Shown: piece after piece, positions 1 through 11,223 of the stretch | Position numbering within the stretch: position 1 is the first letter of the stretch | How the letters are laid out: each line of letters opens with the position of its first letter | Source: Thiotrichales bacterium | GTDB taxonomy: Bacteria; Pseudomonadota; Gammaproteobacteria; GCF-002020875 | Length of the DNA stretch: 55,238 nucleotides | Direction: 5' to 3' | NCBI GenBank assembly: GCA_018658305.1 | Contig: JABHVM010000030.1 | Coordinates: forward strand, 1 to 55,238 | Made by a program: the position numbers and the translations under genes | The notes under the pieces: model-generated | Told to the model about the DNA's origin: nothing | What the model saw: the letters and a program-made list of their open reading frames with translations, nothing else | Databases searched by the model: none

Positions 1-725
1 GAACCACCACCAACACAAGCTATAAGTGCATCAGGAAGTTTCCCAGCTTGTTGTTGAATCTGCTCCCGAGCCTCTCTACCGATAATAGCTTGAAAGTCGC
101 GTACCAGCGCTGGATATGGGTGTGGGCCTGCAACTGTACCGATAATATAGAATGTGTTATCGACATTTGTAACCCAATCACGCATCGCTTCATTGAGTGC
201 ATCTTTAAGTGTTTTTGAGCCAGAGCTAACTGGAACCACTGTTGCGCCTAACATCTTCATACGATAGACATTCTGTTTCTGACGCTCTACATCTACCTCT
301 CCCATATAGACCACACACTCAAGACCGAGTCGTGCTGCTACAGTTGCGGTTGCAACGCCATGTTGACCTGCTCCTGTCTCTGCGATAATTCTAGTTTTTC
401 CCATCCGTTGTGCCAACATAGCCTGTCCAACAGTGTTGTTAACTTTATGCGCTCCAGTATGATTTAGATCTTCTCGCTTCAACCAAATTTGCGCTCCACC
501 CAAACGCTCACTCCAATGTTTAGCAAAATAGAGTGGACTAGGTCGCCCCACATAGTTCTGCAGATCTTCATCTAGTTCACGCAAAAACTCTTCATCCTGC
601 ATATATCTTTGATAAGCCTCAGTCAACTCATCAAGTGCGGCCATCAAAGTCTCTGGCGCAAATATTCCACCATATATTCCAAAGTGTCCCTGTTCATCGG
701 GCATCTCATTCCATCTACTATTCAC
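1..725 (-). CDS. trpB: Tryptophan synthase beta subunit (5' part; runs off window start)
   Basis: Manual translation from GTG at 725: ...[20 protein letters not shown]..., [15 protein letters not shown] (PLP lysine), [17 protein letters not shown]; follows trpF. Absent from the ORF track because it has no stop in the window. Confidence 0.97.
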   Translation of the reverse strand, partial: MNSRWNEMPDEQGHFGIYGGIFAPETLMAALDELTEAYQRYMQDEEFLRELDEDLQNYVGRPSPLYFAKHWSERLGGAQIWLKREDLNHTGAHKVNNTVGQAMLAQRMGKTRIIAETGAGQHGVATATVAARLGLECVVYMGEVDVERQKQNVYRMKMLGATVVPVSSGSKTLKDALNEAMRDWVTNVDNTFYIIGTVAGPHPYPALVRDFQAIIGREAREQIQQQAGKLPDALIACVGGG

Positions 726-754
726 TTATATCCACCTACTAATAATTCTATAAT

Positions 755-1378
755 TTACAGTTCTAAGTTTACAGCTCTGTTAATAAATTGAGCCACCTTA
801 TCTAAATCTTTAACCCCTTTCGTTAGCTCCACCCCTCCGCTCACATCAACTGCCCAAGGGGTAACCTCTTTGATCGCTTGCTCTACATTTTCAGGAGTGA
901 GTCCTCCAGCAAGCACTATTGGCTTTTGCAGATCCACTGGAACTCGCCCCCAGTCAAAGCTCTGACCAGTTCCACCTGGAACTCCTTTCTGATAGGCATC
1001 AACCAACAGTGCAGATGCTGCAAAGTAGCGCTCCTCCTCCTTTAGCAGATCAACTTCTGGAGACATTCTCACTGCTTTCATCCATGGCTTATCAAAAGAG
1101 GCACAGGATAGAGGATCTTCACTCCCATGAAACTGCAACATATCTAACGGTACTGCAGCTAGTATTTCATCAATTTCAGCTTGCGGCATATCCACAAAAA
1201 GCCCTACCGTAGTAACAAAAGGGGGCAGAGAGTCAACAATTTCACGGGCTACAACTGTAGATAGGGCGCGCGGACTTGGGGGGTAGAACACTAGTCCAAT
1301 CGCATCCGCCCCACTCTGAGCCGCAGCAATACCATCTACTGGCGAAGTGATTCCACAAATTTTAACTCTAGTTCTCAT
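755..1378 (-). CDS. trpF: Phosphoribosylanthranilate isomerase
   Basis: RVKICGIT, QFHG, GGTGQSFDW, LAGGL, DVSGGVE; start moved to the Met of MRTRVK. Confidence 0.96.
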   Translation of the reverse strand: MRTRVKICGITSPVDGIAAAQSGADAIGLVFYPPSPRALSTVVAREIVDSLPPFVTTVGLFVDMPQAEIDEILAAVPLDMLQFHGSEDPLSCASFDKPWMKAVRMSPEVDLLKEEERYFAASALLVDAYQKGVPGGTGQSFDWGRVPVDLQKPIVLAGGLTPENVEQAIKEVTPWAVDVSGGVELTKGVKDLDKVAQFINRAVNLEL

Positions 1379-1394
1379 TCCGACAATTTTACCA

Positions 1395-2156
1395 CTAACC
1401 TTCCCCCTGCAACAGACCATCTGGGTACTCAACACTAATTAATGCAAGCCCCTCTGGTGGAGCGGTTACTCCTCCTTTGGTTCTATCTTCCTTTTTTAGT
1501 ACTTCATCAGCCCATATTGGTTGCTGTAATCCACTACCGATAGCTATTAATACTCCTGCTATGTTACGCACCATATGATGTAGAAATGCATTTGCACGCA
1601 CGGCTATATAGATCTCATCTCCATTGCGACTCACCTTTAATGAGTGAATTGTGCGAACAGGGCTATTAGCTTGACAAGCTACAGCTCGATAGGAGTTAAA
1701 ATTATGCTCTCCAATAAGATAGTTTGCGCCCTTTTGCATCAACTCTATATTTAGTGGACGATAGATCCAAGTGCGACTATCCGTTAATAGAGCGGAGCGC
1801 ACAGGGCGATTAAATATGGTGTAACAATAGGAGCGAGAGATTGCTGAGAAGCGGGCGTGAAATTTATCTGTAGTTGTACGCACCCAACTAAGTGATACAT
1901 CAGGTGGGAGGTTAGCATTAACCCCATTAACCCAAGCTCTAGAGTCTCGTGCAGCATCACTATCAAAGTGAATAATTTGCCCCACCGCATGCACTCCAGC
2001 ATCAGTGCGTCCTGCTGTAGTTATTCTAACAAAATGGTTAGCAACTATTGAGAGTGCGCGCTCTACTTCACCCTGTACTGTACGAATATCTGGCTGCTGG
2101 ATCTCCCAACCATGAAATTTTGCGCCATTATATTCAACCCCTGCAACATAACGCAT
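1395..2156 (-). CDS. truA: tRNA pseudouridine(38-40) synthase
   Basis: AGRTDAGVHA, FHARFSA, FLHHMVRNI motifs; typical asd-truA-trpF context. Confidence 0.97.
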   Translation of the reverse strand: MRYVAGVEYNGAKFHGWEIQQPDIRTVQGEVERALSIVANHFVRITTAGRTDAGVHAVGQIIHFDSDAARDSRAWVNGVNANLPPDVSLSWVRTTTDKFHARFSAISRSYCYTIFNRPVRSALLTDSRTWIYRPLNIELMQKGANYLIGEHNFNSYRAVACQANSPVRTIHSLKVSRNGDEIYIAVRANAFLHHMVRNIAGVLIAIGSGLQQPIWADEVLKKEDRTKGGVTAPPEGLALISVEYPDGLLQGEG

Positions 2157-2160
2157 CTAT

Positions 2161-2871
2161 CTAAACCTTGTCACTGCTATCTGTTGAATGCTCAATTGTT
2201 GCCTCTATATTATCAACTCCCTGCTGGAACTCCTGCCATAAATCAGTTCCGCTCTGTTTATAATCTTCATCACCATCTAACTCAGCTAAAGATACCACCT
2301 CTGCCGAACGCCACCAGTATATGATGTAGAGAGCTAACGCAGCCCCTAACAATAGAAAACCTATCCACCCAGACAGAGCCGCGTACCAGTTTTGCAGCGG
2401 ACTCAACTCTGTTTCAGGTAGTGGAGTCAGCGGCTGCTTTTTTGCCTGCTGAGTAATAAGTTTATTGAGAGTATTATCGTGGGCACGGATTAGCTCTATC
2501 CATAGTGCGCGGCTGGAGTGGTCTGCAACTGGATTTAAAAATATAGTAATGTTACGGCTAGAGTGAGCATTTTTTGCAGCACTGGAGCTTCCCTCTAAAG
2601 TAAACGATAGAATTGGTCTAGCTATCGACTGATCAGAGAGTATAAGCAGCCTCTCACGACTCTCTATAAATTCCGCACTAAACCTCTCTCTATTACCATC
2701 CTCATCAACTATTAAAAAACTATCTAACTCTTGCTCCTCTGAATTTAACTCTATCTCCACAACTATAGGATCACCTAGAGCTGAATATATCCTGATGCTA
2801 TCATCTGCTAATGCATTAAAGGTGGTGAAAATCACAAATATTAAAAATATTAATCTTGAGCTAAAGCTCAA
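2161..2871 (-). CDS. Short, divergent FimV N-terminal-domain-like membrane protein
   Basis: Signal peptide, then [15 protein letters not shown] resembling the FimV N-terminus, a late TM helix and an acidic tail; sits in the fimV position between asd and truA. TTG start at 2871 inferred (ORF track starts at 2928). Confidence 0.55.
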   Translation of the reverse strand: MSFSSRLIFLIFVIFTTFNALADDSIRIYSALGDPIVVEIELNSEEQELDSFLIVDEDGNRERFSAEFIESRERLLILSDQSIARPILSFTLEGSSSAAKNAHSSRNITIFLNPVADHSSRALWIELIRAHDNTLNKLITQQAKKQPLTPLPETELSPLQNWYAALSGWIGFLLLGAALALYIIYWWRSAEVVSLAELDGDEDYKQSGTDLWQEFQQGVDNIEATIEHSTDSSDKV

Positions 2872-3973
2872 GCGCAATCCCCAGCAGACGACGGAGTGGC
2901 TCAGCCGCTCCCCAGAGAAGCTGATCACCTACAGTAAAGGCAGATATATACTCTGGGCCCATAGTTAATTTTCGTACTCTACCAACTGGAATAGTTAGGG
3001 TTCCTGTAACTTTAGCTGGAGTAAGTTCACTCATACTTAGATCACGATCGTTAGGAATAACCTTAACCCAATCGTTAGCTTGCGCCATAATAGACTCAAT
3101 ATCTGTAACAGGAATATCTCTTTTTAATTTTATAGTGAGAGCCTGACTGTGAGAGCGCATCGCCCCAACTCGCACACAGAGTCCATCTATAGGAACTGGA
3201 TTTTCGCTTAGCCCAAGAATTTTATTGCTTTCAGCTTCAGCTTTCCACTCCTCTCGACTCTGTCCGCTAGGGAGTTGAATATCAATCCATGGGATTAAAC
3301 TACCAGCTAGAGGAACTCCAAAATTATCGCTTGGATATTCACTACTGTTTATATGGGTTGAGACAGTACGGTCTATCTCCAGAATAGCGCTTGCAGGATC
3401 GGCAAGCAGCCCACCCACACTTGAGTGGATACTCCCCATCTGCGAAATAAGTTCACGCATATTGCGTGCTCCAGCACCAGATGCTGCTTGATAGGTCATT
3501 GGAGATACCCACTCAACCAAATCCTCTTCAAACAGTCCGCCAATTGCTAACAGCATCAAACTAACTGTACAGTTGCCACCAGTGAATGTTTTAACTCCAT
3601 CACTAAGGGCGTTGTCGATAACTTTGCGATTAACTGGATCAAGAACAATAACTGTATCATCTTCCATTCTTAGTGTAGATGCAGCATCTATCCAGTAGCC
3701 ACTCCAGCCTGCGCTACGCAGTGGCTCAATAACTGCTTTAGTATAGCTGCCACCCTGACAACTTATAATTGCATCCATCTGTGCCAGCTCTGCAATATCA
3801 TTCGCATCTTTCAGTGGGGGTACATTTTTACCCACATCTGGTCCAGGTTCTCCAAGTTGAGATGTAGTAAAAAAGATCGGGTCTATCTTTGCAAAATCAC
3901 CCTCCTCCCGCATGCGTCCCATTAGCACTGATCCAACCATGCCGCGCCAACCTATAAAACCTACTTTTTTCAT
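2861..3973 (-). CDS. asd: Aspartate-semialdehyde dehydrogenase
   Basis: [40 protein letters not shown]. Confidence 0.98.
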   Translation of the reverse strand: MKKVGFIGWRGMVGSVLMGRMREEGDFAKIDPIFFTTSQLGEPGPDVGKNVPPLKDANDIAELAQMDAIISCQGGSYTKAVIEPLRSAGWSGYWIDAASTLRMEDDTVIVLDPVNRKVIDNALSDGVKTFTGGNCTVSLMLLAIGGLFEEDLVEWVSPMTYQAASGAGARNMRELISQMGSIHSSVGGLLADPASAILEIDRTVSTHINSSEYPSDNFGVPLAGSLIPWIDIQLPSGQSREEWKAEAESNKILGLSENPVPIDGLCVRVGAMRSHSQALTIKLKRDIPVTDIESIMAQANDWVKVIPNDRDLSMSELTPAKVTGTLTIPVGRVRKLTMGPEYISAFTVGDQLLWGAAEPLRRLLGIALEL

Positions 3974-3996
3974 AACTAATATCCTATTTTAATTAT

Positions 3997-5085
3997 CTAC
4001 AGCTGTTCACTGAGAATTGCTTTAACCACTGCGTCACCCATCTGTGAACAACTAACCTCCTGCATACCATCTGCGTATATATCACGAGTTCGTAATCCAC
4101 TGTCTAGAACTTGGTTAACCGCGTGTTCAATACGCTCCGCCATACTACTTTCATCAAGACTGTAGCGTAACATCATAGATAGAGATAAAATTGTAGCGAG
4201 AGGGTTAGCTATGTTTTGTCCTGCAATATCTGGGGCAGAACCATGAATTGGTTCATACATCCCTTTACCATTCAGATCTAACGAAGCTGATGGAAGCATC
4301 CCTATAGAGCCAGTCAACATCGCAGCGCAGTCAGAGAGGATATCACCAAACATATTAGTTGTAACCATCACATCAAACTGTTTTGGATCACGCACCAACT
4401 GCATCGCAGCATTGTCTACATACATATGAGAGAGTTCAACCTCAGGATAATCTTTCGAAACCCTCTCCATAACCTCACGCCAGAGCTCTGTTGACTCCAA
4501 CACATTTGCTTTATCTACCGAGGTTAATCGTCTGTCTCGCTTCATTGCGATCTCAAATGCCGAACGACCAATGCGCTCAATTTCATATTCTGCATAGACT
4601 AGAGTATTAAACCCTTCTCGCTCACCACTCTCTAAGGTGCGAATTCCACGAGGCTGTCCAAAATAGATGCCGCCAGTTAGCTCTCGCACTATCATCAGAT
4701 CAAGCCCTGAGACTACATCTTCACGCAAAGTTGATGCGGCTGCTAGCTGAGGATAGAGAATAGCTGGACGCAAATTAGAGAAGAGCTCAAGTTCTGCACG
4801 AATACCAAGCAACCCTTTCTCTGGTCTTACCGATATATCTAGCGACTCCCACTTGTAACCACCAACTGCTCCTAGCAGAATCGCATCTGAATCTTTAGAG
4901 AGAGCGATAGTCTCTGCTGGTAGAGGGGTAGCGTGCTCATCATAAGCTGCGCCACCAATTAATCCGCTCTCCATCTCAATAGGTAGCCCGAATTCATCAC
5001 ACAGGCAGTCAAGAACTTTAACTGCTTCCGCTACAATCTCCTGCCCAATTCCATCACCAGGTAGTACTGCTATTTTTTTACTCAT
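3997..5085 (-). CDS. leuB: 3-isopropylmalate dehydrogenase
   Basis: [39 protein letters not shown]. Confidence 0.98.
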   Translation of the reverse strand: MSKKIAVLPGDGIGQEIVAEAVKVLDCLCDEFGLPIEMESGLIGGAAYDEHATPLPAETIALSKDSDAILLGAVGGYKWESLDISVRPEKGLLGIRAELELFSNLRPAILYPQLAAASTLREDVVSGLDLMIVRELTGGIYFGQPRGIRTLESGEREGFNTLVYAEYEIERIGRSAFEIAMKRDRRLTSVDKANVLESTELWREVMERVSKDYPEVELSHMYVDNAAMQLVRDPKQFDVMVTTNMFGDILSDCAAMLTGSIGMLPSASLDLNGKGMYEPIHGSAPDIAGQNIANPLATILSLSMMLRYSLDESSMAERIEHAVNQVLDSGLRTRDIYADGMQEVSCSQMGDAVVKAILSEQL

Positions 5086-5341
5086 ATTTATTATTCACTC
5101 TAGAGCCTTTTGCAACACCCCAAAAACGAGGTGAATTATTAACCCAAAAGGTCAAAATTAAAGAAAGTGTCCAGCTCAATCTATTATAATGAAAGCCACT
5201 AAACCGCATTAAAACCAGCCCCATAGAAATCAACATTATAGCAACATCTTATGACTTAACCTGAGGCAGAAACAAGAGAGATTATACAGCATTTCATACT
5301 GCTTTTACTTAAGCTTAATCAATTATCTGCTCTCTCTAACA

Positions 5342-5995
5342 TTAATTACTAAACAACCAAGGCTCCTCGCGCTTATGACGCTCTTCATAAGTTTTAATCT
5401 CGGCTCTATGTTGTAGGGTTAACCCTATATCGTCCAGTCCATTCAGCATTCTATATTTTCTAAACTGATCTATCTCGAAGTGGTAACTATCTCCGTTTGG
5501 CGTGGTTACACTCTCTGCTGCTAGATCTATATTTAGCGTATATCTCTGCTGATTTTGCTTATATTTTCGCTCTTCACTAAATATTTTAGTTATCTCTGTT
5601 TCGCTCAATACTATGGGGAGGAGCCCATTTTTAAAACTGTTATTAAAAAATATATCGGCAAAGCTGGGAGCTATTACTGCACGAATTCCGTAATCAGTTA
5701 GTGCCCATACCGCATGTTCTCTGGATGATCCACAACCAAAATTTTCTTGCCCGAGCAGAATTGTCGCCCCCGCATAATCTGGACTATTAAGTACAAAATC
5801 AGGATTAACTCTTCGGCTTGCATTGTCGATAGATGGATCGCCTGGATCGAGATAGCGCCAGTCATCAAAAAGGTTAGGACCAAAGCCAGCTCGCTTGACC
5901 GACTTCAGATACTGTTTTGGGATGATCGCATCGGTATCTACATTGGGGCGATCTAGAGGCAATACCACTCCGCTATGTTGGGTAAACTTATCCAT
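5342..5995 (-). CDS. leuD: 3-isopropylmalate dehydratase small subunit
   Basis: [35 protein letters not shown]. Confidence 0.98.
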   Translation of the reverse strand: MDKFTQHSGVVLPLDRPNVDTDAIIPKQYLKSVKRAGFGPNLFDDWRYLDPGDPSIDNASRRVNPDFVLNSPDYAGATILLGQENFGCGSSREHAVWALTDYGIRAVIAPSFADIFFNNSFKNGLLPIVLSETEITKIFSEERKYKQNQQRYTLNIDLAAESVTTPNGDSYHFEIDQFRKYRMLNGLDDIGLTLQHRAEIKTYEERHKREEPWLFSN

Positions 5996-7443
5996 TACTT
6001 CACTCCTCGCATCAACTCTCGTACATCAACAAAGTGACCAGTCACTGCAGCAGCTACAGCCATTGCAGGACTTACTAGATGAGTTCGACTACCCTGCCCT
6101 TGTCTACTCTCAAAGTTACGATTAGATGTTGAGGCACAACGCTCTTCAGGCTCTAGTCGATCTGCATTCATTGCTAGACACATAGAGCACCCTGGATCTC
6201 GCCACTCAAAACCTGCAGCAAGAAAGATCTTATCCAGCCCCTCATCCTCTGCCTGCTGCTTGATAAGTCCAGAACCTGGAACAACTAAAACCTGCTTAAC
6301 CCTATCTGCTTTATGTCGCCCCTTAGCCACAGCCGCCGCTGCGCGTAGATCTTCAATTCTAGAGTTAGTACAGGAGCCGACAAAAACTTTATCTATCGCA
6401 ATCTCATTAATCTTTGTTCCGCCCTCTAACCCCATATATATTAATGCTCGCTCCATACCGTTGCGCTTAATAAGATCAGTTTCAGCTTGCGGGTCTGGAA
6501 CTCTATCACCAATGGAAACCACCATCTCTGGTGAAGTTCCCCAGCTTACTTGAGGATCTATATCTACACCATCCAGCTCTACTAATGCATCAAACTCTGC
6601 ACCGATATCGCTATGCAGCTGTTGCCAAACCTCAACTGCTCTACTCCACTGTTCATCTCTATACTGTTCTGCACTTGGTGCATACGCTCTACCAACATCT
6701 CCGTTCTTAACAAACTCTATTGTCTTCTGATCTACTCCAACCATTCCTGCTCGTGCACCCGCCTCAATAGCCATATTACAGACAGTCATCCGCCCCTCTA
6801 TCGAGAGCTCCTCAATAGCCTCACCTGCAAACTCAATCGCATACCCTGTGCCGCCAGCAGTTCCGATCTTACCGATAATTGCGAGAACTATATCTTTACC
6901 AGTTACTCCACTTCCGACTGAACCGTTTATTCGCACCAACATACTCTTTGATTTTTTCTGCACTAAACATTGGGTGGCGAGAACATGCTCCACCTCTGAA
7001 GTACCAATCCCAAAGGCTAATGCTCCGAGCGCCCCGTGGGTTGAGGTGTGAGAGTCACCGCATACAATTGTCATCCCCGGTAGAGTTGCCCCCTGCTCTG
7101 GACCAATCACATGAACTATTCCTTGCCGAATATCTCCCATCTTAAATTCAGTAATTCCAAATTCAGCCGCGTTATTATCTAGCGTCTCAACTTGAATTTT
7201 AGCTACTGGATCAGTTATTCCAGCTTCACGATCTGTCGTTGGTACATTATGGTCTGGCACAGCTAAACTTGCACTTGCGCGCCATGGCTTGCGTCCAGCC
7301 ATACGAAGCCCCTCAAATGCTTGCGGTGATGTCACCTCATGTAGGAATTGACGATCTATATAGAGTAAAGTACTCCCATCATCCTCCTGACGCACGGTGT
7401 GGGCTTCCCATAATTTGTCATATAAAGTTTTAGCTTTTATCAT
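5995..7443 (-). CDS. leuC: 3-isopropylmalate dehydratase large subunit
   Basis: [48 protein letters not shown]. Confidence 0.98.
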   Translation of the reverse strand: MIKAKTLYDKLWEAHTVRQEDDGSTLLYIDRQFLHEVTSPQAFEGLRMAGRKPWRASASLAVPDHNVPTTDREAGITDPVAKIQVETLDNNAAEFGITEFKMGDIRQGIVHVIGPEQGATLPGMTIVCGDSHTSTHGALGALAFGIGTSEVEHVLATQCLVQKKSKSMLVRINGSVGSGVTGKDIVLAIIGKIGTAGGTGYAIEFAGEAIEELSIEGRMTVCNMAIEAGARAGMVGVDQKTIEFVKNGDVGRAYAPSAEQYRDEQWSRAVEVWQQLHSDIGAEFDALVELDGVDIDPQVSWGTSPEMVVSIGDRVPDPQAETDLIKRNGMERALIYMGLEGGTKINEIAIDKVFVGSCTNSRIEDLRAAAAVAKGRHKADRVKQVLVVPGSGLIKQQAEDEGLDKIFLAAGFEWRDPGCSMCLAMNADRLEPEERCASTSNRNFESRQGQGSRTHLVSPAMAVAAAVTGHFVDVRELMRGVK

Positions 7444-7480
7444 AAGTATCTACTGTTGAGTATTAAATATTTAGTTGTTG

Positions 7481-7598
7481 GTAACTATTCTCACCTCTAA
7501 AATTCACCATCTCTGCGTTACAAAATCTTCATATACACCTGTATACTCAAATTTTGCGCCTTGATCTGATGAATTTTAGAGGCAATCTGAACAGTTAC
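7481..7598. mobile_element. MITE-like palindromic repeat, copy 1
   Basis: Ends GTAACTATTC...GAACAGTTAC are inverted repeats; internal arms CTCTAAAATTCA/TGAATTTTAGAG; near-identical copies at 38176-38317 and 48832-48952; flanks agttgttg/aattgttg look like an imperfect 8-bp target duplication. Confidence 0.75.
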
Positions 7599-7616
7599 AA
7601 TTGTTGATTTTAACAT

Positions 7617-7934
7617 CTATTTATCTAAATATTTGCCGATCTCAACCATCACCACTCCATCTTCAATCTGGAGTGGGTAGACTCTTACACTCTCATCTGC
7701 CGGTGGATTCATAACCTCTCCTGTAGTTAAATTAAAACGACTTCCATGCAGAGAGCAGCGTACCACCTCGCCCTCCAGACAGCCTAGATCCAAACCTATT
7801 ATATCGTGCGGACACTGATTGGATATTGCATGAAAACCGCTCTTGGTATGGGCAACTAAAATATCGTGCCCCTCGACCTTGTAGCGGCGCATATTCCCTT
7901 GCGTGAGATCTTGCGTATTTAGTAACTTTATCAT
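7617..7934 (-). CDS. Rieske [2Fe-2S] ferredoxin
   Basis: CPH...CSLHGSRF Rieske ligands, 105 aa. Confidence 0.9.
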   Translation of the reverse strand: MIKLLNTQDLTQGNMRRYKVEGHDILVAHTKSGFHAISNQCPHDIIGLDLGCLEGEVVRCSLHGSRFNLTTGEVMNPPADESVRVYPLQIEDGVVMVEIGKYLDK

Positions 7935-7940
7935 CTTCGA

Positions 7941-9041
7941 TTAAACTCGTGCCGCAGCTCTGCCGCTTAAGAGAACATCTCGCACCTCTTCTGCCGCAAG
8001 TTTAAGAGTAGCACTTCGCCCTAAATGGTGCATAGTCAATGCAGCACTTAACAGTAGCGCATCAAAACTCAAACCCTCACCCCCAGCTAATGCTGCCATT
8101 CCAGCCTCTGCCGCATATTTAGATATCTCTAAGTTTCCCTCCACACCATCAGGAATGGCTGGAGCACGAAGATCATGCTCAACTCCAAGCTCAGATGGAT
8201 CCACCTTCACTGCAACTTCAGGCTCCTCACCCACAAACTGATAGGTAGTTGATATCTGACGCAATGAAGCCGTTACTCCACCCTCGACTCCACGCACCAA
8301 CAGCGCAGAGTTGAAGCCAGCACTGCGAGCCATATCTGCATAGATCTCTGCATACGGCTTATGTACATAACCGGTCATTAGATGAGTCTGTTTTTTGGCT
8401 TGGATAGGTCTACTCATAACTTCAGCTGTAGTGATAACGGTACGCTTTATTAATTGATCCCGTAGCGGAATCAAACTGTGAAGTGCAGGGCAAGATTGAC
8501 TCTGATCTATATACGCCCACCCCTTAGATGGGTCAGACAACTGTGCTGCGGCGGCAGCAACTGTAAGGTCTACTGAAACTCCAGCCTCACGCAAAATTTG
8601 ACGATGAGTAAATCCAAACTTTGGGGTTACTGTCTCCAACCCTTGAGAGAATGCTGGAACCCCTAACTCAGCCAGTAGCGGGGCTAAAAATGGGGCTGCT
8701 GGCAGAGTTCGATTATAACCATTATATGGATCTGCAATATCCACAACCTCATCTACATCAGCCTCCACTCTATAGGTGAGCTCTTGAATAGCACGCAGAA
8801 TACCTCTATTCTCTTCATCACTCTCGCGCTTCATCCTAAGTGCAATCAGAAATACAGCTCCCTGCACTGGATCAATCGCCCCCTCCATAACTGCACGCAT
8901 TCCTATGCGTGCTTCATCCTCGTCAATATTCTTACTCAGCGTTGGGCCTGTTGCGATACGCTGAATTATTGAACGCATTACCGCACGCGCTTCATCTCTA
9001 TCTAGTGGTTCTTCAATAGTTGGGGAGTTACCTATTATCAT
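7941..9041 (-). CDS. Anthranilate phosphoribosyltransferase-like (glycosyltransferase family 3) protein
   Basis: GAVFLIALRMKRESDEE N-terminal helical motif and RGVEG; lacks the canonical TrpD GTGGD motif. Confidence 0.7.
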   Translation of the reverse strand: MIIGNSPTIEEPLDRDEARAVMRSIIQRIATGPTLSKNIDEDEARIGMRAVMEGAIDPVQGAVFLIALRMKRESDEENRGILRAIQELTYRVEADVDEVVDIADPYNGYNRTLPAAPFLAPLLAELGVPAFSQGLETVTPKFGFTHRQILREAGVSVDLTVAAAAAQLSDPSKGWAYIDQSQSCPALHSLIPLRDQLIKRTVITTAEVMSRPIQAKKQTHLMTGYVHKPYAEIYADMARSAGFNSALLVRGVEGGVTASLRQISTTYQFVGEEPEVAVKVDPSELGVEHDLRAPAIPDGVEGNLEISKYAAEAGMAALAGGEGLSFDALLLSAALTMHHLGRSATLKLAAEEVRDVLLSGRAAARV

Positions 9042-9198
9042 AATATTATACTCTTCTGTTATTCGTTATTAAGTATTGACGCCTCTTTGAAGTGCTTCTT
9101 TTCTTGTTGTGAGTTGCCTTGCATAAGTAGATAATACACGATGATAATATATAAAAAATAGTCATATTTAATTTTGAGTCATAATTTAATTTTCAACA

Positions 9199-9879
9199 AT
9201 GTTTACAGAATCACTATACATATCCGCTCTAGTAATGGGTCTATTAGGAAGTACTCACTGTGCTGGGATGTGTGGCGGCATAGTCTCCGCCCTATCATTA
9301 AGTATAGCTCCTGAGCAGCGCAACAGCAGTGCTCGATTGAGTGGAATATTGATACTCTACAACATAGGACGCATTCTTAGCTACACTATAGCTGGCTGGC
9401 TTATTGCATCGTTAGGTAGTAGTGCTGCCGATTTGGGAAGTGGCATAGAGTTGCGCAGAGGGTTCGTTCTACTCTCTGCTTTAGTAATGATTGCACTGGG
9501 ACTCTACCTTACAGGATGGTGGAGCGGAGCAATTCTTGCTATAGAAAAAGTTGGAGCTTTAGTTTGGAGTAGAATTAGCCCTCTAGCCAACAGCTTTATT
9601 CCACTTAGAACTATGCCACAGGCTCTTATTGCTGGTATGCTCTGGGGGTGGCTACCCTGTGGTCTAGTATATACTGCGCTAATCTGGACTCTAAGTGCGA
9701 GCTCTAGTTTAGAGGGGGCATTGATTATGGCTACCTTTGGAGTTGGGACACTCCCTGCAATGCTCTCCTTAGGATATATATCAAAAACTGTTATCGCTCA
9801 ACTTCAACGGCGCTGGGTACGGCAGCTAACTGGTACAGTGGTGATAGGGTTTGGAGTTATGCAACTTTTACAGTTGTAG
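9199..9879 (+). CDS. DsbD_2 / TauE-SafE-like multi-TM protein
   Basis: GSTHCAGMCGG, YNIGRILSY, GWLPCGLVY, FGVGTLP. Confidence 0.85.
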   Translation: MFTESLYISALVMGLLGSTHCAGMCGGIVSALSLSIAPEQRNSSARLSGILILYNIGRILSYTIAGWLIASLGSSAADLGSGIELRRGFVLLSALVMIALGLYLTGWWSGAILAIEKVGALVWSRISPLANSFIPLRTMPQALIAGMLWGWLPCGLVYTALIWTLSASSSLEGALIMATFGVGTLPAMLSLGYISKTVIAQLQRRWVRQLTGTVVIGFGVMQLLQL

Positions 9880-9934
9880 ACTAGAACATTTAAAGTAAGA
9901 TAACATTCTGAATAATTATATTCTGGAGATTTAA

Positions 9935-10657
9935 GTGATAAAAATAGAAAAAATTGGGGTTACTGCAATACTTATATTTAGCGTAGTAGCATTTGGAGGA
10001 GCCCTCCTTCTGCCTGAAGAACCTAAACAAGAGTCAAAGCATAAGCAAGCGCAAACTCCATGGAACATCTCCATCTCTCCTAATGGCAATAGTCAAGTTT
10101 TAGGAGTAACTCTAAACCAGACCACTCTCAACGAAGCTGAAAAAATCTGGCGTGAAGAGGCTGAGATTACTCTATTTCTGAAATCAGAGGATATAGAGGT
10201 AGGCAGAGTAGAGGCATATTTTGCACGAACTGCGCCCGCTGGAGTGAGAGGGAAAATTGTAGTTGAAGTTAGATTAACTAAGGGTAAACTCCAACATTTA
10301 ATAGATAGTGGTTCAAGAATTTCAACTCAAGGAGATGGAAGTCGTAAGGTAGCACTTGATGATGAAGGCACTAAACTAGTTGGAGAAAGCCCAATTACGA
10401 CCATCACCTACCTGCCAAGATCAGACCTTAGCGAACAGACAATAGTGAGCCGTTTTGGTAAGCCTGCAGAAATTATCTCTATCCAAGAGGGGATTACACA
10501 TTGGCTCTATCCTAACTTAGGGCTCGATATAGCGATCGCAGAGGATGGAGGGGAAGTATTGCAATATATATCTCCAAAAGATATGCAGCGTCTAATAACT
10601 CCTCTCCGCACTTCACCCGCAACGCTAACCAAAGAATATGATAAAATTGCAGACTAA
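9935..10657 (+). CDS. Hypothetical membrane-anchored periplasmic protein
   Basis: 240-aa ORF with GGAG RBS and N-terminal TM; no motif recognised. Confidence 0.65.
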   Translation: MIKIEKIGVTAILIFSVVAFGGALLLPEEPKQESKHKQAQTPWNISISPNGNSQVLGVTLNQTTLNEAEKIWREEAEITLFLKSEDIEVGRVEAYFARTAPAGVRGKIVVEVRLTKGKLQHLIDSGSRISTQGDGSRKVALDDEGTKLVGESPITTITYLPRSDLSEQTIVSRFGKPAEIISIQEGITHWLYPNLGLDIAIAEDGGEVLQYISPKDMQRLITPLRTSPATLTKEYDKIAD

Positions 10658-10699
10658 ATATTATATGATAATTTAACCGAAAGAACCGAGAGAAGCTGT

Positions 10700-11221
10700 A
10701 TGAAATTCCGTATCGATGAGAGCGAGCGTAAGGCAAGCAAGAGTCCGCACGAGATTTTTCTTACTAACTTAATCGTCAACCATATTCTCTATTTTATTGC
10801 AGCACTTGGAATGGCTAAATCGTTCCCTCTACTTGTGGCAGCAACTCCAGTTGCCTCACTATTAACCATCAGCTACATCTTAATTAAAGGGCGTAAAATG
10901 CAGCAGAGTGCCTCTTGGTTTGAGCGTTGTCATTGGCAAATTGCAATGAGAAGAAGTAAACTTCTATTAATTGTATTAAGCACACTAACTATATTGCTCG
11001 GAATTCTCTACTCAATCCATATCTTTATGGAGGTCGCCTCTGCCCAGATATTTCCGCTGGCAGCAATTGTAACTATGCCAGTACTAATAACTATTCTTGC
11101 ACTTATTTTAATGGAGTCAGAAGCGCTCCATTTTGCTGGATCAGGACAACTATCTAAGAGGATGGTAGAGAGGAATCCTCCCCCTAACTCTATTATAGAA
11201 ATTGATCAACATATTGAGTAA
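10700..11221 (+). CDS. Hypothetical 4-TM membrane protein
   Basis: 173-aa ORF with four hydrophobic segments, 2 bp upstream of the CDF gene. Confidence 0.65.
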   Translation: MKFRIDESERKASKSPHEIFLTNLIVNHILYFIAALGMAKSFPLLVAATPVASLLTISYILIKGRKMQQSASWFERCHWQIAMRRSKLLLIVLSTLTILLGILYSIHIFMEVASAQIFPLAAIVTMPVLITILALILMESEALHFAGSGQLSKRMVERNPPPNSIIEIDQHIE

Positions 11222-11223
11222 CC

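Noticed and set aside
7444-7616. Leucine attenuator or leader peptide upstream of leuC
   Set aside because: No Leu-rich leader ORF was seen; the hairpin potential comes from the dispersed repeat.
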